Source: Cycas panzhihuaensis
Lineage: Eukaryota > Plantae > Cycadophyta
Direction of reading: 5' to 3'
Length of the DNA stretch: 64,000 nucleotides
Assembly: GCA_023213395.1 (NCBI GenBank)
Contig: CM041465.1
Coordinates: forward strand, 198,221,741 to 198,285,740
In this document: in pieces, positions 53,509-64,000 of the stretch
Layout of the letters: each line of letters opens with the position of its first letter
Position numbering within the stretch: position 1 is the stretch's first letter
The notes under the pieces: generated by a model
Seen by the model: only the letters and a program-made list of their open reading frames with translations
Told to the model about the DNA's origin: nothing
Databases searched by the model: none
Program-made: the position numbers and the translations under genes

Positions 53509-56500
53509 TGGTATAGTTGAAAATCTTATAATAGTCTTCTCAACTAAATTATTTCACATGCGCCAATGATTGCTGCTTGATATTCTTCTTTAGTTATAGA
53601 TAGAGAGACTGTATTTTATTTCTTAGTGCTCCAAGCTATAATGACCAAACATATACTGAAGTTGTAACCTGAAGTTGATTTTCTATTATTGATGTCACTT
53701 GCCTAATCTAAATCTATATAACCTATTAACCAAAAATTTGATGAAGCTTTATAATATAAACCATATTCTAAAGTGCCTCTAAGATAACATAGAATTTTTT
53801 TTGGCTACTTACTAATGAGTAGTCTTTGGGTCTTGCATGAATTTGAAGACAACACTAACTGAATACATTATATCTGGTCGGCTAGATGTTAAGTAAATCA
53901 AATTACCAATTACCAATTAATTATTTATAGAGTGTAGAATCAATAAGTGTAGAGTCATCTAGTTTGAAAAGCTTGATTCTTATTTTAGCTAAAGTTATTA
54001 ATGATTTATAATTTGTCATCCTAAACTTTTATAGTAGATCTAGGGTATATTTCCTTTAGGAGATGAAGATACAATTTTTATCCTGCCATACCTCCAAACC
54101 TAGGAAGTAATGTATTAATCCTAAATCTATTATTTTAAATTCCTTACACATGGCTTCCTTAAAGTTTCACAAAAGATGGGATTCATTTCCAGTGTAGATA
54201 AGATCATCTATGTAGAGTCCCAAAATTATGATAGATTCTCCCTTAATTTTGATATAGAGATTTGGATTTGATTGAGACCTTTCAAAGCCATGATCTCTAA
54301 AATATTTGTCAATTTGGGAATACTAAGCCTTGGGTACTTGTTTCAAACCATAACGTATCTTTTTAAGTTTGTACACTTTGTCTTCTTTCCCCATGACTTC
54401 AAAACTGATGGGTTGAGAGACATAGGTATCCTATTTAATGCAACCATTAAGGAAACCACTCTTAACATCTATTTGATAAAATTTTCATCCCATTTAAGTT
54501 ACCAAACTCATCATCATATGAATTATTTCCATTCAAGCAATAGAAGCAAATGTTTCATTGTAACTAATACCTTCTCTTTGGTCATAACCTTTGGTGACCA
54601 ATCTAGCTTTGTATTTGTTGATTAATTTATCATAGTAGAACTTGGTTTTATAGATCCACCTAGTGTCAATTACTCTTTTATTGGGAGGTAAGTTGATCAA
54701 TTCCCAAGTATCATTCTTAACAATGGAGTGATATTTGTCTTCTATTAACTTTCTCTAAGAAGAATGTGTATTGGCCTTATCAAAGGTTTGAAGCTCATGG
54801 GACTCCAAAACTTTACACATGAGGGTAAAATTTACCCTATGTGAGTGAGTGGATCTTTGATTGCTATTCAAAATGTTGCCTATATTATGATTCCTCTGAA
54901 TCCATTTTAGAAGACTTTGTAGTAGAAGTTGAGAAGAGGTTCCCTCCCCACTTAGTTCATTAATGACTTGTCTAGAGTCAAACATAGGATGCATATATTT
55001 TGACTTGGTGGAATTGTTAAAATTGATTATTACTTCTTTCCTCTTTTTTTTATTATCATGATAACAAGCATCCTATTAAAACTTTACATCTCTACTTACC
55101 ATGACCTTTTTTGACTTAGGATCATAGACTTTGTATGATTTAAAAGTTTCACTATAGCCAAGAAATATGCACTTGATGCTATGGTCATCTAATTTAGATC
55201 TTCTTTGGTTAGATACATGTGCATAGGCTAGGAACCCAAAAACGTTTAAATGATATATGTTTGGCTTGTAGCCTATCTAAGCTTCTTCAAGTGTCTTCCA
55301 CCTTAGGGCTTTAGTGGAGCACCTATTAAGGAGATAAACAAATGCATGGACTTCTTCTACCTAAAAGTCATGGCCCAAGTTTTTATCTTTTAACATACAC
55401 CTTACCATTTTTATAATGGTGTAATTTTTCCTTTCAACTACACCATTTTATTATGGGGTGTAGGGAATTGTGAGTTGTCTTCTTATCCCATGATACACAT
55501 AGTATGCTTTAAATTCATTAGATGAATTCTCCCCTATTGTTGAATCTTACAGAGAGAATTTTGTACCCACTTTGTCACTCCACAAAGGTTTTGAAGTCAA
55601 TAAAGTGTTGGAAGGCATCTGATTTGAACTTAAGGAAGAATATCCAAGTTTTCCTTATGTAGTCATCAATGAATGTGATAAAATAGCATACACTTGTTAA
55701 TGAGGGGACATCCATAGGGCCGAAGATATTTATATAGACTCGTTGAAGTGGTCCAATTACCTGATAGCTATAATCTAGAAAACTTTCCCTGTGTTATTTT
55801 CCAAGTAGGCATCCCTCACATATGAATTTGTCCACTTCAATGTTAAGCAACCTATTAACCATGTTTATTATTTTTATTAGGGATAAACTACTATAGTTGA
55901 AGTGTCTAAATCTCTTATGCCATAATTCATTATCCAATTTAATTATGGTTCTTAAGGCATAGGTATCTGATGGAGTAAGGACAAGTTTGAAAAGTCTATC
56001 TTTTGTCATTTTATATTTTGCAATAATTGCCTTATTTTTCTTTTTGTCTTTAATTATATATTCACTATTATTAGAAATAATCTTATAATCCTAATCCATT
56101 ATCTACCTTACTGATAATAGATTTTTCTTAAGGCAGGAACATATAATACGTCATTGGGGTGTCTATACTCTTCTATATCTATCATGAGAGTTATGTTACC
56201 TCTACTAATTTATTCATGGGATTTATCATCTCCAAATATTATTGAACCTATTTTGCTTTTATCTAAGGTATGGAATAAATTCTCCTTATGAGTCATGTGG
56301 GTGGAGTAACACAAATCAATGTACCAATTATTATCTTCTTCTTCTTTGGCATTAAATCTAGATAGGAAAAGTCTGTTACTATCCCTTATGTCTATTGTGG
56401 TATTTGCACTATCGTTTACGGGTGGTCCATGTTTTGAAAAACATTTGTCATCTATATAACCACTATAATGATAATAGGTACAGTATAGTATCTCTCTTCT

Positions 56501-57496
56501 CTGATATCTTAGACTTCAACTTTGTGGATGGGTTCTTTCAATGTAGGATGATCTTCCCTTTTTCTCATAATGAGGGACTTAAATGTCCCTTTATCTACTA
56601 TCATAATAATCTTGATTTAATCTTGTAGCTTTAACATTTCCTTAGCAATTTGGGTAATATGAATGTGTCTTAGGTTGTTTCTCCTAATTTTGGTACCTAG
56701 GAGGCTTAACATTTTATTGGTTTACTCCTTGTCTCCTTTGGTGGGGAGCTTGATATTTAGGTAGATCATGACCCATATCCCTTCTAGGATTTCTATCCCT
56801 TCTCTTGGGAGATAGTTCTCTATATTTTGATGTATTTGCTTAATAATGAGATTGGATTCTAGCCTTAGTAGCAAAGGTATGCTTAAGGGATTTGTTTGCA
56901 TTTTGTTATTCTTTGACTAACATCAACATGGCACTTAGTTATTCCACTTTAAGGGTGCTTAGATCTTTGGAAATCCCTATGTTTGTCACTATTATTTCAA
57001 ATGTTCTTAAGGCACCTATACATCTCAAAATTCTTTCCACTACTCTTTGCTCTATAAGTGTATCCCCAAACAATCTCATTTGGTTAACTATGTCTTACAC
57101 CTTAGTCATGAATTTTATCATAGATTTTGTTGGCATCATTCGCAAATTTTTAAATTTACTTCTTAGTTTTTGAAACTTAGAAGACGTAGTTCTTTTATAA
57201 ATTAATTATAAGGTATCCCATGCTTCCTTTGACTTTGTTGACTCACTAACTCATGGGAAAATATAATCTTCTAATGCATAGAAGATAAGGGTAATCACTT
57301 CATTATCTTTTTTAACCTTTTCTTTATAAGCTTCCTTTTCAATGTCATTGGTATTCTAATGTAATTCACTATAACATGTTCTCACAATCTCCCACATGTC
57401 ATTAGTGATGGGGATGGGTCTCTTTCTCCTACTCTAATTTAGAAAGTTATTACCATCAAACTTGGGAATTATCATGTTTCTAAAGTTTGTTATCAT
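53509..57496 (-). pseudogene. pol: Copia A2 gag-pol (RNase H C-terminus continues at 45620-45861)
   Basis: Collinear with A1: MITNFRNMIIPKFDG, LWHKRFRHFNY (ORF 55794), RT and RH motifs. Confidence 0.9.
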
Positions 57497-60400
57497 CTCT
57501 TAGCTAAAGTTTTAAAAACTATAGATTAAGTAAGGTTCTGAAAGGTTTGATTTTAAAAATCAACCCAAGAAGTAATGTTTAAAGTTTTTCCCAAGGTTTT
57601 GTAAGTGTCCTAGTCCCTAATAAGGCTCTTAGGCTCTAAGTCTAAGGGTCTCTAAGAGAAACTTTCTATTGCTATCATGTCTAGTGGTGCTTGTCCACAA
57701 GTGGCAAAATAAGGACCCAATACACTAATATATGAGCATTAGGCTCGATATACCTCAGTACATGGGCTACTATAAAGGTTGTCATACCCCCTTAAATTGT
57801 CACTCTATCTACACTAGACTTATGCCTAGTGACAAATCTAGTGGTGAAGGTTTTACTAAATAAGGTACTCACCCTCATTAGGTCTCGTCTTAGTCTTTGA
57901 ACTCTAAAAAGATAGGTTATACACCTTATCCTACCACCTAATACACATTATAGCCAATGACTTTCTTCATCCAATATGAGTAGGCTAATTGGCATGTGTG
58001 TAGTGGTAACTTCAGAGGTCCTAATCGTTCCCTTTGCAAGGCTAGAAAAAATATGGTAAATTCAAGAACTTGTCTTTCTTAATATGAAAGTAAATATTAA
58101 TTCAATATTGTCTTGCATAATCTCCGTAATATTTCTTTTATTCAAGAAATGAAATGAAACAAAATAGATCTTTAAGCAAGATAAAATATATCTCAAATAG
58201 AAGTATGATGCAAAACTTTATATCAAATCATAATGAAAACAAGTAAAAGAATCAAGATATTTTTCTTCTTTTAATGAACCAAAAATGAAAGCTAATATGC
58301 AATCTAATATTCTTAAATTAAGATACTCTTTCAAAAGTAAAGTAAGAAAATATATGCACTTGTCTAAAGTGATGCACTAAAATAATATAATCCTTAATCT
58401 CTTAGAATGTATGAATGAACTTTGAAATAAAAATTGATCAATGGACCTTGTAACTATGCCTTTATAAATTTTAAGCTGAAGAAAGAATAAAATTTTTGAT
58501 AAAAGTAAAGAAACTCCTTAACTAATATACCACTTAATGTTGCAAGGTAATGATACTGTAAATTAAGTACCAAATAGTTCTTTTATAAGAACAAAAATAA
58601 CTAGGTGAATCTTGTAATTTTTAGAAGAAATAATGCTTGAAATGATTAGAAGTAGAAAAAAAAATGGTCTATATTTGAATGATAATACAAGGGATAAAAT
58701 AAATATTAAGGTAAATGGTACTAGTTTGACATATTACTCCACTTTGGCTTCTTAATCCTTAAGAAGCTAAAATTAATATCAGAGGCTACAAATAGCTTAT
58801 AATTTTTATGAAAAAATAATAATTAACTCTAAAAAACTAACTAATAGTAGATTATGCTTAAGTAGAATTATTTTGAATGAAAAAAATACTAAAAAATATT
58901 ACGAAATAAGCCTATTTAGAGTTGAATTAGAGCCTTAACTTGAGGAGCCTTAAAGTCCTACAAAATGATGTCAAAATGAGATGAGACTAATTTCAACATG
59001 GAGAGATCTAGAAACATTTTTTGTCAGTCCTTACAGTTTTGAAATCAGAGCTAAAATAGTCAAGTTATTGCAAAAACAATGAGCAAACCTTTTAAGGGCA
59101 AGTGAAATAAGTACTCAAAAAAGTGTTGCCTTTGATTGATTCAAATATAGCTAAAATTGACTTAAATTAGACAAAAGGTGATACCATATTGAAGATCTCT
59201 AAAATACAATTCCAATAAGACTAGTTTCATAAAAAACTAATGTTCTAGGAGAAAGTTATACTAAAAAATGTGAGAAGCCCTCTTTAAGTATTAATAGAAT
59301 GAAATTTTTAAAGAAAATGGATAAGAGCCTTTAGTCTGAAGGAGCACGGTCACATGGGAGTCAATGTGGTCACTGGCTTAGACCTAAAGGGGAGCTCCAT
59401 AATCTAAAACTTATACAATATAATTAATAATTTTAAAATCAAAAGGAATTAAAAAGAACTTATAATTTATCATGTCTAGCCCTTAACTAAATAAAACAAC
59501 ATGCTCACGTGGCTTTGAGGAGACCTGAGGCTAAGCAGATACGGGCTAACTCCCTTTAATCACCATAATTTCAAATGGTAATAAAAAAGGTTAAATTTAT
59601 ATTAACCTTTATGAATGAAATATAAATCAAAAATATAAAAATTCATTTTAGCATCATTACATGACCTGTATAGAGATAATTTCTGGAGGTAAATGGAGCT
59701 TAAATACACTAATTAATCTCGATCTAAAGATTAATTTATCACTGCAAGAGGGGGGGAAACTCCAAGGCACAAGTGAGATGCTCTAAAAATGGTAGCAAAT
59801 AGAATAGATTATATGCTAAATGCTTAGAAAAACTAAAGGGAATAACAAGCACAGTGGAATGACGAATAGATAGTGGCATACCATGTAAAGAGGAGACAAA
59901 TTAAGGCAATAATCTCTACACAAGTGGATCAACAGGGGGTGCTCATGATGTTTAAACCTGATCCAAGAATAAAATTGGCAAATTTTACTTTGTATTAATT
60001 AAAAAAAATAAGAAACACGATGAACAATAAGGGCACGATGACTCAGGTGAGTCAAATTCTCTATGGGAGATACCATTTCTCACCAAACTTAAGGGGTAGC
60101 TGGGTATCCTAGATAGCAAAGCACTGGTAAGTTTTCATGCTAAAAAGTTGTTTGTAGGCTCAGAATGAAGTAACAGAGTGAAAAAGACCACAAACAATAG
60201 ACTACGGCTCTTAGAGAGATTTCTCCCAGCTGAAATAATGAAATCACATGCAGTTTTCACTGATAACTAGAGGATTCAATCATGATTAGAATGAGTTGTT
60301 ATATAATACTATTCTGATCAGTGTGCAATCTATAGTAACAAGTTTTAGATTGACTATATTTGGTTTCAATAATGAAAAAAATGAAATTTATAAATGAAAT

Positions 60401-60900
60401 TTATATGGTATTCTAAAGTTTTATAAAGTTAGCAATTATTAAATTAAAATATCACACACATACCATAAATGCTGTCATAAAACTGTTGTAAATCTTTTGA
60501 ATATTAATCGAATGTGCTCTGATACCAAATATTAGCTTTGAGGTGCAGAGCAGAAGTATTATAAGTACATGGACATCATTTTAAAGTGAAAAATAATAAT
60601 CGTTGAATATAGATAGCAGTGTTAAAAGACACCAAGGAGGTATTTCCCACCTATAAATAGACAAATTTTGGGAGACAGTAAGTGCCTCACCCTAACCAAT
60701 GTTAAAATTTAAAAAATTATTAAAATATTAAGCAAATAATTGAATATCTTAGCTGAGGTGGCTATGGTGGCTCCTTGTCAGTTAAAGGTAGTTATTTGGT
60801 GACACAAGGTGGCCCAAGGCGACCTTGGGAGACTCAAGGTGGCATTGAGGGGCCCAAGGTGCTTATGTGTACTTGTAAATTAGGCATTATCCCAACATGT

Positions 60901-62358
60901 TATAATATTCTATGGAAAATAAGTAGTTGATAATTAATAGCTAGGATGAGAAGCCCTTCTTAGCAACCATAATGTATAATATTCTAGCCACCATGCCTTA
61001 TAACTTCCACTTAGCATTAATTGCTATTAGGAAGAGGAAGGAAGTTGAGAAGCTAAAGTTACTAAGAATTAAGCATAAAAAAATAAATAAATAAAAGGAA
61101 GAGGTATAAAGAATTAAAGAGGGAGTTCAGATAAGTATATTGATAGAGAATAGACTAAATTTTAGAGTAGAAGCTTGTTATAACTTATGTGTTGGGTTAT
61201 ACACTATTGGTGAGCTATTTTAGTCTTATAAGAAGGAATGCTTGGTGAATTTTAGAGTCTTGTAGGTAAGCTATAATATTAATCTCCTTGAACTATTATT
61301 ATTAGATGCAATATCTTCTTATAAGATAGGGTATTGATTTGGTTGCTCCATGATATTTTGATATTGATTAGTATTTTACAAGGTAATTAAGTGGTTTCTC
61401 CTTCTTGATGACTAGTTGAGCATGGATTTTGAGTTATTTTTTAGCCTTGACCTCTTTATATTTTGGTGTTAAGTTGATTACTCCACCTATTAATTACTTA
61501 TATGCAAGGTATTGAGTTAGTCACTCTACCTATAGGTTATTTAAATGCAAGGGTTTTGAGTTGGTTTCTTCCCTTAAATTAGTTACCTCTTATAAGTTTA
61601 TATTAGATGCATGGCATAATAAGAAAATCCTTTAAGATTAGATTTATAGGGATCCCCAAGTGACTTAACATTGTTAGTTTAATTGGAAGAACAAGTATGA
61701 GTTGAGAAGAAACATGTGTTTTATGTAAGATTAATGACGCTTTATGTTAAGGAATACTTGCATACAATAATAATAGCTTTAAGGCAACTTCTTTTACTAT
61801 AGAATTTTATATAAGAAGGGTCTTGGGGTATCTACTAAAAGGATAACTTAGGAAGAGGTTGTGTGAATAGTAGAAAACTAGTATTCCTATATTCATATTA
61901 TGTTCTTTAGCTCAATGACATATTCAATTATATGATTATAATCAGTTTAATAGAAGAATCCTTTAGTTACAATCTAGTTATATAACTTTATTTCCTTGTC
62001 ATATTATACACTTATTAACTTTATGTTGTAAGATATTATACACAATGGTATAATCTTGCTTGGATATTCTATTGGGTTTATTATGATTCTTGCTTAAATA
62101 GTTAGCTATGCATATTTGCTTTACTTACATGATCTTTAGTTGAAGAGAAAAGAGAAATTCTACATATTTATCATGTTCCTTTATGTCTTGAGTTTATATG
62201 TATCCTTAGGCACTTATTTTATTATGGACTACTTACATAAAATCCTCCATAATTTTAATATTAGTTAATAGTTGGGTGCTAGTTTCACTGGAAAGTTTCT
62301 ATTCCCTCACCATTAATTCATAATCATATTGCATGCAAGGGTAGGTTGGGCTATTACA
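60901..62358 (+). repeat. Putative 5' LTR of another retrotransposon, followed by a decayed PBS
   Basis: Start tataatattc and end gggctattaca form a decayed TGTAATA...TATTACA inverted pair. Then 'ttagtattagagt', resembling TGGTATCAGAGC. No partner LTR in the window. Confidence 0.55.
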
Positions 62359-63386
62359 ATTAGTATTAGAGTATAATAAGTAGGGCTATGTCACCCCATG
62401 AGAATCTAGGGTTGAGGAGGTCCTTGGTAAGGTTTGGGAATAACTAAGGGAGAATCCAACATACTCTAGGGATTTATTGATTTTTGAAAAGGTTATTAGA
62501 TTTATTTAACAAGTAATGAGTCTCCTTTTAAGAGCTATCATATGAACATTGATCAATAGAGGTTACCCAATGATCATAGGTATTCCTATGATTCTTCTTG
62601 GGCATGCTTCTTAAGTTATGTTTAATTCCCCATTAGGATAGTCAATGTAATTGAAATTTCCATCCTATAAGTTTGGCATTGGTTGTTTTTTTTGGGTAAC
62701 TTTGGTTACTAAATGAACTAGCTAACTTTGAATCCATGGGGATGGGTATACTTAATTATTTCTAGTCATTTCCTCCTAATCTTTAAGATTTTTCCTTTGC
62801 TCCATGCTCATTTCAACTCTTCTTGTTAGAGTTTCTATGCTTTTCAATGCCTAAACTATGGTGTACTCTGGCATAACTAAAAATTATCAAGCTTTTCCTC
62901 AAACTCTATGCTTGGGGAGCATTCTAAAATGAGTGTGAACTATATGCCTTTTCTTCCCCCCTTCCCCCATCCCCCCAACCATGCTTATTACTTGGTGGAA
63001 TTCTCTCTCACTTTTACTTCATTCTCTCTCTTTGTCTCCTTCCAAAATATTTTTCCCTATTAGAATGCCATGTCTTTAGTGCTTATCATACTCATGGTTA
63101 GTATTTACCATATTGGGGATAAAGGTGGGGAAACAAAATTAGAGTTATTCACACATCCATCATATGGTAAGTAGTGAAAATGGGGATCAATACATATATA
63201 TAGTTAAAAAAAGAATCATAGGTACAAAATGTGGTGTAGTTCCAACTTTTATAAGTGCTCATAGGGCTCCATAAAGATATAATAATTATTCCCCATACTC
63301 ATAGAGTGCACTTACATGGTCCCTAATATCCCCCTTCCTCTTATAACATCTTTTGAGGTTACAAACCATGTGAACCATGTCTCCTC

Positions 63387-63503
<117 letters not shown>

Positions 63504-64000
63504 GTTTTACATTCATCTAGGAGTAAATAATTGAAGAAAATTAAGAATCTTAAAAAGAAGTTATAAGGGTTTAGAGTTGGTTTACCTATTATATCCACTT
63601 CACCCTAGCCAATATCACCTCCTCTTTTTCCTCCACCTAGAGGCATAGTTACCCATTAGGAACCCTAGCCTTGACCATCTCAATCACCACCACTTTCTAG
63701 TGGCCTCCTCTTCTATTATCATCCTATCCACTAGAATCTTAAGTAATCCTCAAATATAGATCTATAATCAGATCATTTAGCATGGTGGTATCTAAAGCCA
63801 GTACCCCCATAGATCTCAAACCCTCCCCTAAGGGTGCCTATGCCTAGATCTCATCATGCAAAAGTTCATCATTGAATCCCTTCCCTTCAAATCCCTCACC
63901 ACTCCCTAGGGGCATGTGATACTCATGTGACCAAACAACCATGCCTAAGGAATCAAGTAATATAAATGTCCCTCCTTCTTTATGATGTAATCACTCAAAG

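Larger units (their letters stand above)
45232..60897 (-). mobile_element. Copia element A2 (related to A1), hosting Copia B
   Basis: LTRs at 45232-45599 and 60530-60897 (minus-strand start TGTTGGGATAATGCC, as in A1). Perfect PBS TGGTATCAGAGC (reverse complement, 60516-60527) and PPT like A1. TSD imperfect (TATTC/TGTTA). Confidence 0.88.

Noticed and set aside
60039-60054. TGACTCA-gg-TGAGTCA palindrome (double GCN4/AP-1-like site)
   Set aside because: Single short occurrence that I could not find in the A1 leader; may be chance.

Overview
The window is AT-rich, CpG/CHG-depleted plant heterochromatin made almost entirely of nested, decayed LTR retrotransposons. I see no intact host gene, RNA gene or CRISPR array. 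The lineage mix suggests a large seed-plant genome, possibly a gymnosperm (inference). Five insertions are delimited by target-site duplications (TSDs): a Copia solo LTR (5600-6235, TGCTC/TACTC), a chromovirus Gypsy (9818-16262, TAGAT), Copia A1 (16758-24861, AGCTT), a Tork/Tnt1-like Copia (27171-32502, minus strand, AATGT) and Copia B (45862-53503, CTTTT). Copia B sits inside Copia A2 (45232-60897, minus strand). Removing the first four insertions reconstructs a Tat-like Gypsy of about 18 kb (~680-39438) with ~3 kb LTRs and an accessory cassette after pol. The cassette has (i) an antisense, apparently intron-containing gene with a plant-mobile-domain (PMD)-like N-terminus and a heptad coiled-coil C-terminus, (ii) a possible divergent sense ORF, and (iii) a free-standing archaeal-type RNase H. 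A decayed 22-bp palindrome is shared by the LTRs and the region upstream of the antisense gene. A bipartite motif with fixed 43-nt spacing recurs in the long leaders of unrelated retroelements. All coding regions are pseudogenised by C>T/G>A transitions. Translations and alignments were done by eye, so internal coordinates are approximate unless a TSD fixes them.
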